Of a stretch of DNA of 64,000 bases, positions 33,127 to 44,477 are shown in pieces. Below the pieces are notes generated by a model. That model ran no database searches. It was not told the DNA's origin and worked only from the letters and a program-made list of their open reading frames with translations. Made by a program: the position numbers and the translations under genes. The stretch covers positions 128,001 to 192,000 of the forward strand of contig CAWEXU010000031.1 of NCBI GenBank assembly GCA_963813075.1, read 5' to 3'. This stretch comes from Methanotrichaceae archaeon. GTDB taxonomy: Archaea > Halobacteriota > Methanosarcinia > Methanotrichales > Methanotrichaceae. Every line of letters starts with the position of its first letter. Within the stretch, counting starts at the first letter, position 1.

Positions 33127-35456
33127 CTCATCGCCTCCGCGAGGCCACTGGTCCATGCATTCCTCGCCTCATCCAGGTCCAGGTCGGCCACAGTCTCTCC
33201 TAATCGGCTGATTTTTATCCTTCTAATCCCCGTCACCCTGCCGATCTTCGCCGGCACGAGATCATAGCTTTTCAATAATTCCTCCAGCCTCTCCTCCTTT
33301 CCAGCTTTCGCCTCCAGGAGGAAGCCCGAGGACTCCGAGAAGAGAAGCTTATCCGTTCTCAGATCCATTTCGCCGCTCACCACCCCATCCAGATCCAGCT
33401 CGATGCCGAACCTGGCCGGCCTGGTTACGGCCATCTCCATTGCCGTCGCCGCCAGCCCGCCATTGGATATGTCGTGGGCTGCTGCAAGCAATCCCTCCTC
33501 TATGGCATCGATGACCGCATAGATCATGCTCCTCTCCAGGTCGAACCGAACCCGAGGAACATTGGCTCCCATGACTCCGAAGATGGTCTTGTAGTATTCC
33601 GACCCGCCCAGCTCATCAAACCGGGGCCCGATCAGATAGAGGTTATCTTTTGCCGCCTTCAGATCCATGGTGATTGCTTTGTCGAAATCCCTGATGATTC
33701 CCACACAGGCGATCACAGGCGAGGGGTCAACTGAACCCTTTGGAGACTCGTTATAAAAGCTCACATTTCCTGAGACTATGGGCACGGGAATTCTCTCATC
33801 CTTATAGTCCTTCAGCCAGAGGTTCTTGCAGGACTCGGCCAGGCCCTTCACCCCTTCCCGGAACTCCCAGAAGGCCTCGGGCTTCTCCGGGTTGCCATAG
33901 TTCAGGCAGTCGGTGAGAGTGGCTGGCGTCGCCCCTATGGCCGCCACATTTCTCATCGCCTCGGCCACTGCGGTCGCTCCTCCCCAGTAGGGGCTGATCC
34001 GGCCGTAAAAGGGATTGGAGTCCACAGCCAGGGCCACGCCGAACCTCTCCCCCCGGACAGGGGCGATAAGTCCCGCGTCCGCCTCTCCCGGACGGATCAC
34101 TGCGTTGCCCATGACCTCGGTATCATAGTATCTATAAATGTGTTCCCGGGAGGCGATGTTCGGTGACCTCAGGATCTTGAGCAGGACCTGATTATAGTCC
34201 TCTGGCTCGCTGTTTTCGGGCTCAGGTTCGCTATAGATCCTCTCGGATTCCGTTCTCTGGTAGCGGATGCCTGCGGTCAGGTGCTGGATGAGCACATCGC
34301 ACACCGTCTCGCCCTTATGCCGGGCAACAAACCTGTCACCGGTATTGATCTTGCCCACAACGCTCGCCCTTGCCCCCTCGTAGACATTGGGCAGATCCCA
34401 GTCCTCGTTATAGATCTTCAGGATCTTCTCTCTCAATTCCTCCGGGGCGATGATCAGGAAACGCTCCTGGGTCTCGGCTATGCTCAGCACCTCGGGAGGA
34501 AGGTCTGCCGCTTTGTGCATCTCGTCCAGGTCGATCTCCATTCCGAAGCCTCCTGCCGCCCCCATCTCCGAAGTGGCGCAGGTGAAGCCCCCGCCTCCCA
34601 GGTCCTTGAACCCGATCTCGATTCCCGACTCCCGCGCCAGGCGGAATAAGTCGCTGTTCGCCTTGAAGAGGACGTTCTTCAGGAAGGGATCTGGGATCTG
34701 CACTGCTCCCCGGTTGGTCTCCTCGTCCTCCTCTCGCAGGGCTTCAGAGGCAAATGTGACCCCGCCGAGGCCGCTTGCGTCCGTGGGCTTGCCAACCAGG
34801 ATAACGTCGTAGCCCTTCTCCCCCGCCAGCGGCGGAGCACGGGAGCGGATGATCTGGTCGCGGCGGACTATTCCCAGGGATACCACGTTAACCAGGCAGT
34901 TGTCGTCGAAACTCTCATTAAAGACCACATCGCCGGCCATGTTCGGCACGCCCAGGGCATTGCCGTACTGCCAGATTCCATCCACCACCCCTTCTGCCAC
35001 CCAGCGAACCTTGCTGGCCTTGGGGCCGAAGGGATCTCCGAAGCGCAGCGGGTCCGCGGTGGCAATCACCGTTGCTCCCATGCAGTTCACATCGCGGACG
35101 ATTCCCCCGATACCCGTCGCTGCTCCCTCATTTGGCAGGATCTGGCTGGGGTGGTTGTGGCTCTCATGGGATATGACCACGCACCAATTGTCATCGATGG
35201 CCACTATTCCCGAGTCCTCGACCGGCCCCATTACCACATTGGGAGCATCTGAGGGCAGGAATTCCTTTAAGGTGGCGCGGGAGCTCTTGTAAGAGCAGTG
35301 CTCGGACCACATGGCATCATAGCAGAATAGCTCGGTGAGGGTGGGATCGCGGCCCAGGACCTCGGCGATGGAACGCGCTTCATCGACGGACATGCCTATG
35401 CCCGCCCCGCGGAGACTTGATTCTACTTCAGGATCGGCAAAACCGATTATCTTCAA
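33123..35456 (-). CDS. purL: FGAM synthase subunit PurL
   Basis: WSEHCSYKSS, ESHNHPS, GAATGIGGIVRD, DCLNYGNP and SGNVSFYN. Confidence 0.96.
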   Translation of the reverse strand: MKIIGFADPEVESSLRGAGIGMSVDEARSIAEVLGRDPTLTELFCYDAMWSEHCSYKSSRATLKEFLPSDAPNVVMGPVEDSGIVAIDDNWCVVISHESHNHPSQILPNEGAATGIGGIVRDVNCMGATVIATADPLRFGDPFGPKASKVRWVAEGVVDGIWQYGNALGVPNMAGDVVFNESFDDNCLVNVVSLGIVRRDQIIRSRAPPLAGEKGYDVILVGKPTDASGLGGVTFASEALREEDEETNRGAVQIPDPFLKNVLFKANSDLFRLARESGIEIGFKDLGGGGFTCATSEMGAAGGFGMEIDLDEMHKAADLPPEVLSIAETQERFLIIAPEELREKILKIYNEDWDLPNVYEGARASVVGKINTGDRFVARHKGETVCDVLIQHLTAGIRYQRTESERIYSEPEPENSEPEDYNQVLLKILRSPNIASREHIYRYYDTEVMGNAVIRPGEADAGLIAPVRGERFGVALAVDSNPFYGRISPYWGGATAVAEAMRNVAAIGATPATLTDCLNYGNPEKPEAFWEFREGVKGLAESCKNLWLKDYKDERIPVPIVSGNVSFYNESPKGSVDPSPVIACVGIIRDFDKAITMDLKAAKDNLYLIGPRFDELGGSEYYKTIFGVMGANVPRVRFDLERSMIYAVIDAIEEGLLAAAHDISNGGLAATAMEMAVTRPARFGIELDLDGVVSGEMDLRTDKLLFSESSGFLLEAKAGKEERLEELLKSYDLVPAKIGRVTGIRRIKISRLGETVADLDLDEARNAWTSGLAEAMR

Positions 35457-35556
35457 TTGGGTACACCTCTGGTAGCTAAGCTTATGCATACGAGGAACGT
35501 TATGAATTTATCGATCCTTTTCTTTCCAGAAAAAAATTGCATCCCGCGCTCATCAG

Positions 35557-36504
35557 TTAGCTTAAAGCCCCCTCCTCTACTGTTGCCAGAACCTGCAGGT
35601 TAGACCCATCTTGACTTTTATGCGCTCCGCCAATAGCATAGATCTTGTCATGAGGAACAGCAGCGGCAGCAGAAGCCAGGAACCATCTGGAGGCGAGCAT
35701 GGGCGATTTGACCGTCCAGGTGTTGTTGACGGGATCGTACTCTTCAGCGATGTTGCTCGGACGGCAACCATAAAGCCCTCCAATGGCATACACCATGTCA
35801 TTGCTCGCTCCAACCGCGGCCAGGCAATATCTGCCTGTTGAAATTGGAGCGCAAGAGGTCCATGTATCGGTCTTCGGATCGTACTCCTCGACGATGTCCA
35901 ATGGGATTCCCTCTTTGCCTATCCCTCCAATCGCATAGATCTTTCCGTTGGTCGCAGCAGCAACGGCAAGCTCGCCTCTTGGAGTAGGCATGGGCTTGAG
36001 GGACTTCCAGACATCATTCAAAGGATCGTAGCAATCGACCGCATCCAGCACCCATCCTTGATTTTTTGTCCCCCATCCGCCAATGCAATAGATCTTCCCA
36101 TCCTTTGCTCCCAGGGCGGATCCAAAAAGAGATCGAGCTGTGGGCATCGGTGCCCTGGTGGTCCAGAGATCTCTCATTGGATCATATTCCTCAACGATGT
36201 CAAGCGGCATTTGGCTATATCCGCCTAAAGCATAAATCTTGCCGGTGATTGCGGAAGTCAAAGATAGATCAGATCTCGGGGTTGGCATCGGGCTTCTGGT
36301 TACCCAACTGTTGGATAAAGGCATGAATTCTTCCATTGTCCCGACGGGATTGCTGAGTGTATCCTGATCCGGTCCAGATTGGACTGCTGAATCTCCACCG
36401 CAAGCATATACCCGTCCCATGCTGATCGCTGCTCCCAAGCATGATCGAGGTTGATTCATATCAGCTCTTGTTTTCCAGGTTATATTCATGATCTCACCTT
36501 TCAA
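35557..36504 (-). CDS. Kelch-repeat beta-propeller protein (six blades)
   Basis: Repeated MPT.R...KIYAIGG...VEEYDP..D.W units. Confidence 0.92.
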   Translation of the reverse strand: MKGEIMNITWKTRADMNQPRSCLGAAISMGRVYACGGDSAVQSGPDQDTLSNPVGTMEEFMPLSNSWVTRSPMPTPRSDLSLTSAITGKIYALGGYSQMPLDIVEEYDPMRDLWTTRAPMPTARSLFGSALGAKDGKIYCIGGWGTKNQGWVLDAVDCYDPLNDVWKSLKPMPTPRGELAVAAATNGKIYAIGGIGKEGIPLDIVEEYDPKTDTWTSCAPISTGRYCLAAVGASNDMVYAIGGLYGCRPSNIAEEYDPVNNTWTVKSPMLASRWFLASAAAAVPHDKIYAIGGAHKSQDGSNLQVLATVEEGALS

Positions 36505-38663
36505 TTATTCAGCAGGTCTTTGGTATACGACTTTCCGTCACTGGTTTGTGCCATAACATTGCGCTGGCCAATATTGTTATCAAAACGAACTAGACGGTCA
36601 GTAGGCGTTGGGCCATTTGCACAGGACAATGTAGATGCCGGGTCTGCATTGCTCAGGTCCCCATCAGCGCTAACATACATCAAGAAACTCTCCTGGCCTG
36701 ATTTTGGTATCCATTTAAATGGACCGACTATCACCTCATCACCCGGATTCAGGGTCTTTCCTGGAGGACTCAGCTCTGGGGTAATCATGGGATTCCAGCT
36801 ATCTGGCCAAATAAGGCTAGCAGATTGTCTGCTATTATAGCCTCTCACCACTACATTTTGTGCTATTTCGCTTCCTCGATTTTTAATCTTTACGTAGACG
36901 TGATTTAAGATGTTCTGGCATGGCGTCTCATGTTCTGTGCCGGCATCCGGGTGATGACGATTCCATATATCCTGATTCTCCCAGAAGACCTCCTGATACT
37001 CATATCCACCGTTCTGGCCACCGTCAATATAGACGTCAACATTGCCCTGCATGGTGAACTCTGACCAGAATCCTCGCAGCCGGAAGGCATCCCACATCAC
37101 CTTATGGCCAACTCCGCCGTATTCCGGCAGGGCGATATTCTCGTCGACCATGGCCATAGCAGCATCCATCATATTAGGATTGGTGGTCAGATTGAAGTAA
37201 ACCAGGATCATGGTTCTGAGCAGCTCGTCACGGGAGGCCATCTGAGTGGCAGTGCTCGCTGAATCTCCTCCTATATTGCAGTAGATATTCCACAGCGCTG
37301 CTGCCCAGATCTCGCCATCATCATGCTCCTCGTCCGCCCAGTCGTCAGGATAGATCTTACCGCCGTCCACCCGGCGCAGCCCCCCGGGGGCGAAGACCCA
37401 GTCCTCAAACACTTCCCTTTGAAATGGATGCTCCGGAGAGTAGTAGACACAGGCAAGGATATCGCTGAAGCCTTCGCCGAGGGCGCGGGATTCCAAGCGC
37501 CCGGTCACGGGATTAGGAATCCCAGATGGTCCATAGCCGGGCTTCATATTGTCCATAATGGCATGATTATATTCATGATAGATACAATCCGCGTCCTCTG
37601 CTCTATTTGGTCGGCAGTTGCCAGAATCACCGAAATGCAGGCCCTTATCTCCCGGCGAGTAGAATCCGCCTCCCCCATTTCCATTATCATGGGCATCGGC
37701 TTCAATTTGCCTGTTGTTTGCATTGTTGATGCCGAGGGTATTTTGGATGTATCTCTGCATGGTGTCTACATGATAGTATACCATAACCGCTTCAAATCCA
37801 TCGTTATTGCTCAGGTAGTTGAATGCGGGTTCTGTTTCCTCCGGGGGAGCGATATTAGGGGCACCGAAATCTCTGAGCTTGACGAAAGGACCTTCAAGCT
37901 TATACTTTCCTCCTGACAGAGTAATGCTGTTAAGAGTCCGGGAAACCCTCTGTCCATCGATGGTAGCTTGAGGAGTGCCGTCGAATCCGCAGGTGGCTAT
38001 CGTTGCCGATGGATCGCGAAAGGTATTATCAATTGCGGTGACAACAGGATTTGGATCAAATACCATTCCTGTGCCATCATCCTCCCAGATTTCATCTTCC
38101 TTTAACAATATCTCGCCGCTATAGGCATCGACAATAATCCTCCAGTCGTGAGCCGGATCTTTAGTGAGAACCATCACCTCATATGCCAGCTGCAGGCCAT
38201 CTGGTGTGGGGAAGTATACCTGTTTTGGAGCGCTTATCTCTTTTCGCAATATATGCTCTCCAATCGAATCGAGTGCTGCATTGATTGCCGATTCAGGGCT
38301 CAATGCTTCCCTTTTTCCTTTAATCGCCGGCGCGACCCTGATAGACGGAGCTGGCATCAGGTCGATTTGCTGAACCCTTTGAGATCGATCGAGCCTTACC
38401 TGAATCTCGCTATTCAAGATAGGAATTCCGTTCTTCGTTTGTATATATCGGACGACCCTCCCGGTTGGCGTTTCCACGTCCTGTACTTTCATCAGGTCGT
38501 CTGCCTGCATATTCAGCTCCAGCTCATCAATATTGGCAAATAGAAAAGATTTGACTCCATCTTTAGAAGTCTCAGCAACTGGCAGTTCAAAGTTTCCTCG
38601 AACTTTTAGAACACGGCCAGTTTGACGGTCTCTAGTGAATTGGCTGCCAGTGAGTTTAGTCAT
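36501..38663 (-). CDS. M36 (fungalysin-like) zinc metallopeptidase with FTP/PepSY propeptide and C-terminal beta domain
   Basis: HEYNH zinc motif, ALGEGFSD and EHDDGEIW; propeptide VRYIQTKNGIPI...IIVDAYSGEIL. Confidence 0.88.
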   Translation of the reverse strand: MTKLTGSQFTRDRQTGRVLKVRGNFELPVAETSKDGVKSFLFANIDELELNMQADDLMKVQDVETPTGRVVRYIQTKNGIPILNSEIQVRLDRSQRVQQIDLMPAPSIRVAPAIKGKREALSPESAINAALDSIGEHILRKEISAPKQVYFPTPDGLQLAYEVMVLTKDPAHDWRIIVDAYSGEILLKEDEIWEDDGTGMVFDPNPVVTAIDNTFRDPSATIATCGFDGTPQATIDGQRVSRTLNSITLSGGKYKLEGPFVKLRDFGAPNIAPPEETEPAFNYLSNNDGFEAVMVYYHVDTMQRYIQNTLGINNANNRQIEADAHDNGNGGGGFYSPGDKGLHFGDSGNCRPNRAEDADCIYHEYNHAIMDNMKPGYGPSGIPNPVTGRLESRALGEGFSDILACVYYSPEHPFQREVFEDWVFAPGGLRRVDGGKIYPDDWADEEHDDGEIWAAALWNIYCNIGGDSASTATQMASRDELLRTMILVYFNLTTNPNMMDAAMAMVDENIALPEYGGVGHKVMWDAFRLRGFWSEFTMQGNVDVYIDGGQNGGYEYQEVFWENQDIWNRHHPDAGTEHETPCQNILNHVYVKIKNRGSEIAQNVVVRGYNSRQSASLIWPDSWNPMITPELSPPGKTLNPGDEVIVGPFKWIPKSGQESFLMYVSADGDLSNADPASTLSCANGPTPTDRLVRFDNNIGQRNVMAQTSDGKSYTKDLLNN

Positions 38664-38871
38664 ATCCTTGATCCTCCATTATCTAACACAAAATATATCA
38701 TTTATATGAGCGGTACCAAGATATATAGATTCCGTTCTAATTATCCGGTAATGATGAATTCGATAAACAGTTTGCTTTCAGGCTAATAATGAAGCGTGCA
38801 AAATATATATAAAATAATTAAAAAATTTTGAGTGTCATTTAGGTTTATCTGATCATGGGCTCAACCATTCT

Positions 38872-39153
38872 CTATCTGATCTTGGCCTCCACCATATCTT
38901 CTCTGAGCCGGCACAGGTTTTCAGCCCCCCGGATGTAGAACCAGTAGTGCACAATCACCAGAATACCCCATCCGACTGGCGAGTACCACATTGCCAGGGC
39001 AGGATCTATCTTGATATAGCCCATCATGTTCAATAGCAGCCAAATTATGTTCACTACCAGATATATAGCGATGTGAATCTTGAACAGCTTCATCTGGTCG
39101 GCAACAGTGGCTTCTCGGAAAAGCTTCTTGTACTCATCAATTTTTCCCGCCAT
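38872..39153 (-). CDS. 2TM-domain membrane protein
   Basis: FKIHIAIYLVVNIIWLLLN...WYSPVGWGILVIVH pattern. Confidence 0.8.
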   Translation of the reverse strand: MAGKIDEYKKLFREATVADQMKLFKIHIAIYLVVNIIWLLLNMMGYIKIDPALAMWYSPVGWGILVIVHYWFYIRGAENLCRLREDMVEAKIR

Positions 39154-39275
39154 TTTTTCACCTACCCTAGATTTTAGTAGCATCTACATTGCACATATGA
39201 TTATTTAAAGATATTGAATATGATTGTTAACATGAAAAAAACTATGGCCGTCAGGATCTCTCCAGACGCTCAATC

Positions 39276-39935
39276 CTATTTTTCTATGCTTTTGCATCCC
39301 TTCCATCTTTTTGCAGGGATGGGTATCATTCTTCGGACCTCTTTTTGGTAATCAATATACTCCTGCCCGAACTGTTTGATGAGCCTCTTCTCCCAGTGAA
39401 GGGAGCCCATGAAAAGATAAACCGTAGTCAGAAGATATACCAGCAATAGGTTCTCAGTCATGAAGGGGGTGAGCCAAATGAGCAGAAAGCCAGAGAGCAG
39501 AAATGGATCGCGAATCCAGCAGTATATCCCCCGAGCACCCAGGGCGAATGCACCCGGGCTGTGCCCTTCGCCAAGCTGTGCCCGGATGAGGAAACGGTGA
39601 GGAGCATCCAGAAATGCCCTTAAGGAAGCCAGTCCAACCACCAGCTGGGCGGCAAATGCCAGCCAGATCCACGGGCTGGGCAGGATATAGAGCAGCCGGC
39701 CGGGATAGAAGAATAAAATGACCACCAGTGGGAGAAAGGTGACAGCCGCCACCGCAGAGAAGAAGACCGGATACCAGGGGTCAACCCTGGAGCCGAAATG
39801 ATCCTTTGCCATCCTCTTGGCAGGCAGGCTGGCAAGAAAGCTATGCAATGCTGCAAAGCCGATGAGATAAATAACCGGATAAAGCGATGTGCTATCGATA
39901 GGATGACCCCCGAGTGCGTCGAATATTGTACCCAT
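39276..39935 (-). CDS. Isoprenylcysteine carboxyl methyltransferase/NnrU-like membrane protein
   Basis: FAALHSFLAS, GIYCWIRDP (variant of G.Y..IRHP) and EKRLIKQFGQEYIDY..V.RMIP. Confidence 0.75.
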   Translation of the reverse strand: MGTIFDALGGHPIDSTSLYPVIYLIGFAALHSFLASLPAKRMAKDHFGSRVDPWYPVFFSAVAAVTFLPLVVILFFYPGRLLYILPSPWIWLAFAAQLVVGLASLRAFLDAPHRFLIRAQLGEGHSPGAFALGARGIYCWIRDPFLLSGFLLIWLTPFMTENLLLVYLLTTVYLFMGSLHWEKRLIKQFGQEYIDYQKEVRRMIPIPAKRWKGCKSIEK

Positions 39936-40004
39936 ATCCTGGGCTCTGGTGGTTAATTGCTCTGTCGGTCTTTGCGGTTGAGGCAGGGATTTATATCTTG
40001 ATAA

Positions 40005-40514
40005 ATGATAAAGAAGCTCTCTATGGTTTTCAAATTGCCCTCGATGAAAAAGCAGGAGTACGACCGGCTGATAGAAGAGGAGTACATCTGCCGGATAGCC
40101 TTTAAGGGAGAGAGCCACCCTCATGTGGCCCCGTTTCTTTACATATTCGATGGCAAGTTCATGTATTTCCTGTCCACAAAATATGGAAAAAAGGTCATTC
40201 ACTTCAGGCAGAATCCCGCTGTTACCGTGGAGGTTGAAAGATACAGCCCGGACCTCTCCAGCTTCTCGTTCGTCTCTCTGCCTGGAAGGCTGGAGGAGGA
40301 AATGGACCCCAAGATCAAGTGCTTTGTGAGAGAGGCTTTTGTGGAGCTGATCCGGAAGAAAAACCTCTCATCCAATGTGCTCAGCGCTCTCGGGCACTCT
40401 CCGGACGAGCCGGTGGAGGCATTGCTCACCGAGGGGCGCAACAGCGTCTGGAAGCTGGTGGGTGTGAAAGTGGGAAAAATCTCCGGTCTGAAGCATTCGG
40501 ATGGATCAAAATGA
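40005..40514 (+). CDS. Pyridoxamine 5'-phosphate oxidase-like flavin-binding protein
   Basis: ICRIAF..PHVAPFLY..YFLS..GKK....NPAVTVEV split-barrel pattern. Confidence 0.85.
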   Translation: MIKKLSMVFKLPSMKKQEYDRLIEEEYICRIAFKGESHPHVAPFLYIFDGKFMYFLSTKYGKKVIHFRQNPAVTVEVERYSPDLSSFSFVSLPGRLEEEMDPKIKCFVREAFVELIRKKNLSSNVLSALGHSPDEPVEALLTEGRNSVWKLVGVKVGKISGLKHSDGSK

Positions 40515-41844
40515 ATTGATCTTCTCGATGTAGCCCTTAATGCTGAACTTGGTTTTCGCTCCGTTGTAGCTCATATAGCGCACCTTGCCGAATATCGGCC
40601 TCTCCTTCCAGGCACGGTCGTGCACTCCTCCAATAGACCAGGCGATCCCTGTATAGCCGTTGGGATCCCTGCCATCCAGCTCATATCGGTCGTTAAGGTA
40701 TATCGCTGCCTTGAGGGCCTCTGCTGGACTTCTCGTCCACTCCAGGATCTTCTTCGCCCAGTACATCCTCATATATCCGTGCATCTTTCCCCGAAGGAGC
40801 ATCTCCATCTGGGCGGCATTCCACAGGTCGTCATGGGTTTTCGCCTCTTCCAGCTCCTTGATGCTATACAGGTATTCGCGCGGATCATTCTCATGCTGCT
40901 TTAGGGTCTCCTGTGCCCAGTTGGGAAAGCCCTGCACCGAGTCGTATTGAGGATTATAGCAGCAGAAGTTGTCTGCCAGCTCCCGCCGCACTACCAGTTC
41001 CTCTAAGAAAGCGCTCGAATCGGTCAAGCTGGACAGTGCCGCGAGGGCTACCCTTTGGGCGGATATCTGGCCGAAATGAAGGTAAATTGAGAGGCCGGAC
41101 TGGCCGTTTTTCACTGGATTGTTCCGGTCAATGTCATAGCGAATAAGCCCCTGATCGATGAACTTATCGAGGTGCTTTTTCGCCGCCCTCTCCCCAGGCA
41201 GGGCCCAATTCACGTCGGGTGTATGGTCCACTCTTATCGTCCTCTCCGCGGTCTGCCAGTCGTTGTCTACCACCTCCGGCCAGGGGAAGGGATGCTTCTT
41301 TGTGAGGGGGAAGTCCACCAGGTACTCGTCCAGCAGACGGTGAATCTTCGGCCGGATGCTGTAGGCCGCCCATTCCTGCTTTATTGAAGCCTGCCAGCAG
41401 GGGATGATGTTGTGGCCGTCAACCTCATAAAAGGGTATATTCACCTCGCTGGCTATTGACCTTTGCCAGTGCATCTTGATTCGCAATGGAGAGAAGTCCG
41501 AGACCAGGGCTCCTGCCTCATGAGAGCGGAGAAACTGGGGGATTTTTTCCGCTGGATCTCCAAAGAGCAGGAAAAAGGGGATATCAAATTCAGCAAGACC
41601 TGCCTCCACCTCTTTTAATCCTTTCAGCATGAAATTATACTGAGAGCTTGTGGCCCCCAGGAACTGAGGTGATATGCAAAAGAGCACCGCCAGAGGAGAC
41701 TTCTCTTTCATGGCCAGCTCCTGGGCGAAACAATAATGGCCAATTATCAGCCACTCGCTGCTCCCGGCTCATCCAGTAGAATACTGCACCCTTTTTCTCT
41801 TTGGCCTCGACCAGGAGTCTGGTTCTCTTAGGATTCACAGGCAT
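40506..41844 (-). CDS. phr: Class II CPD DNA photolyase (frameshift near 41725)
   Basis: YWMSREQRVADNW, VDGHNIIP, LS.YLHFGQIS, GKMHGYMRMYWAKKILEW and DGRDPNGY. Confidence 0.95.
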
Positions 41845-41889
41845 TGTAGCATATAACAACCTCGCAATCTAATTTAAACCCGGCCGTCC

Positions 41890-42050
41890 ATATTTCGAGG
41901 CATATTTCAATACATATTTGTGAATCGTATTTATGAATCGTATTTATGAATCGTATTTATGAATCTTATTTATAAATAGTATTTGAAAATAGTATTTACA
42001 AATCATATTTTTAAATCGTATTTAAGAATTGTATTTGCGATCCGTATTTG
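41890..42050. repeat. 13-bp degenerate tandem repeat (ATTTATGAATCGT), about 12 units
   Basis: Read directly in the divergent intergenic region between phr and the Acg gene. Confidence 0.9.
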
Positions 42051-42120
42051 ACAAAAAGGCTCAGAAAATATATATTCATAAGAGCGATATGGGTTAGGAA
42101 AAGACGAGGAGATGGCTTAA

Positions 42121-43140
42121 GTGACCGATAGATTAGCAGCCTGGAACGTTCGGGAAGAGGATTTCCCAGTCAATGGCAACCAGTACGATCAGATTAAAGG
42201 CCTGCTCAGGTATGCTGTTTTAGCTCCCTCCGGGCCCAATACTCAGCCCTGGAAGCTTTCGATTAACGGGGACGAGGTCTCACTGATTGCAGACTTTGAC
42301 CGTGCTTTGCCCAATGTCGACCCATCCAACAGGACTCTTTATCTCAGCCACGGCTGTCTTCTGGCCAATATCCTCCTGGCTGCGGAGCACTTTGGCTTTG
42401 GATATGATGTTTCATACCTGCCCGATGGCCCTTCCGGCGAGAGGACCGCGGCCATAAAGCTTACAAAACCTGCTGACTCGAAAAAGCTCCCGGATCTATT
42501 CAATCAGATAACCAGACGCCACACAAACCGGAAGGAATTTGAAGAGAGGGCAATAGAGGAGGCAAGGCTTAAAGAATTGAGGGCCTGCGTACAGAAAGAT
42601 GGGGTTGATCTGAATATCCTGACCGATGAGGCCGGCAAGTCTGCGATGTCCGATATCCTCGCCCGCGCTCATAAGATCCAGCTGGGGAATAAGACCTTCA
42701 GAAAGGAGCTGGCCAGTTGGGTGAGGCCCAATACCGGGGACGAAAAGGACGGCCTGCCAGGCTATTCATTCGGCTATTCTGATTTTGAATCCTACTTCGG
42801 CTCATTCATCTTCGGGACCTTTGATATGTCCTCATCCCGGGCGAGGATTGAGACCGCCTATATGAAGGCCTCGCCAGCGGTAGGAGTCCTATCCACCGAT
42901 CAGGATGACATGACGACCTGGCTGAAGGCGGGCTTCCTTTTCCAGATTCTATTTCTCAAGGCGACGGAGATGGATGTCAGGTTTGATCTCTTCAGTCAAC
43001 CCGTAGCTATTCCTGAGTTGAGGGAGGATATGGCGAGGATATTGAAGGTAAAATATCCCCAATTGCTCATCCGCATGGGTTATGCAGAACCGAGCAAACA
43101 TACACCCAGAAGGCCGCTGGAAGAGGTGCTGGTATCCTGA
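42121..43140 (+). CDS. Acg-family FMN-binding nitroreductase-like protein
   Basis: LAPSGPNTQPW, RRHTNR, PQLLIRMGY and TPRRPLEEV. Confidence 0.9.
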   Translation: MTDRLAAWNVREEDFPVNGNQYDQIKGLLRYAVLAPSGPNTQPWKLSINGDEVSLIADFDRALPNVDPSNRTLYLSHGCLLANILLAAEHFGFGYDVSYLPDGPSGERTAAIKLTKPADSKKLPDLFNQITRRHTNRKEFEERAIEEARLKELRACVQKDGVDLNILTDEAGKSAMSDILARAHKIQLGNKTFRKELASWVRPNTGDEKDGLPGYSFGYSDFESYFGSFIFGTFDMSSSRARIETAYMKASPAVGVLSTDQDDMTTWLKAGFLFQILFLKATEMDVRFDLFSQPVAIPELREDMARILKVKYPQLLIRMGYAEPSKHTPRRPLEEVLVS

Positions 43141-43489
43141 TCGGGATTGGGGTACATTTAGAAGGAAGATACAGAAAAAGAAATCTATCCTTAATTAACT
43201 TTTTCTATCAACTATTTTTCCTAAAGATATGAATTGTAGAAGGTCTATTTATTATAATGTTAGAAAAAATTATATAATACTACAATATTTCACCGAAATA
43301 TTTATATATGATAGTCCAAAGCTAAAATTACTTCTTAAAAAAATAAATAATTTTAGCACAGATCTACAAAATATTTCTACTATAGAAGTTATGTTATTTA
43401 AATTCATAATAATTTTTTTAATAATGTATTTCAATTTACGTAATCTTTAAATATTTCTAAAGCTAAGAATTTAGGTATACGGAGGTTAT

Positions 43490-44382
43490 ATGTTAAGAAT
43501 TGAGGTAGACATGTATTCTGGGCGACCTAATCCGTCCTGGACTGTAGATGAGAAGGATGCTAAAAAATTCTGGATAAAATATGCTAAAAGTGCACAAGCT
43601 GTCGCAGATATAGAAGCAGGACAAAGAGACCTGGGCTATCGGGGCCTCATCATTGAGCCCTTATCAGAGGAGCTCATGTACGAATATGATACTCCTGCGT
43701 CCTTCAGGATCGCCAGCAGAGAATCAAAAGATTTGGCAGGAGGAATCGATCTAGCTACAGAAATAATTAAGAAAATGCCTTTAGAAAAAAAACGGTAGAT
43801 GCAGATGCCACACCACTTGAAGCAAATCTGCGGGATACCATCCTAAATGAACTAAATGTCTTTTCAAAGAGGACCGCCATCTTCAGTGAAAAAGACGGAG
43901 CCAAGGAGGTCTTGCCACCTGTGGATGTCGCCTGCAATTACGAGAGGACCCAGTTCAATCCAGGATTTTGGAACGATTCCGCCCACATCTCAAAGAATAA
44001 CTGCTACAACTATGCGATAAATAGAAGAACCGATAGTTTTGCCCAACCAGGAAGGGCATGTGGCCAACAAGCTTCAACATGGGCTTGTGATGCGGTAACC
44101 AATGCTGCTCTGTGTGACGGTGCTCATAGGCGATACAACTGTTTCCCAGATACAGAAAAAAATCGCAATCTGTGTAGCCCTGGTCATTTGGCCGGGTCAA
44201 GGATTATCATTGGTATCGTCTGCACTCAGAGGGATTCTGGGGCCATAAACCTGGAAGGACGGCGGCAAGAAAACACAGACAACTGCAACCAGGTGATCAA
44301 AAATCCACAGACCTGCTGTCGCGGTCCTTACACACAGTTCTGTGGATACTTCTATACTTGCAAGAGTATGAGGATAAGGTGA
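43490..44382 (+). CDS. Two-domain protein: D.YSGRPNP N-domain plus a Cys-rich papain-fold-like catalytic domain (several frameshifts)
   Basis: Joined frames give NNCYNYA, FAQPG, VALVIWPG, DYHWYR, WGHKPG and FCGYF. The fold assignment is inferred from the Cys/His pattern. Confidence 0.7.
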
Positions 44383-44477
44383 TTCGAAGGACATAGACTT
44401 TATTATTAGGTATTGATATTCACAACATATTAAGAAATGCCAGATTGAGAAAAAAGAATCCTTGTTGAGGTAATAAA

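Noticed and set aside
41890..42050. CRISPR array
   Set aside because: 13-bp head-to-tail units with no spacers and no cas genes; the same applies to the repeat at 31752-31820.
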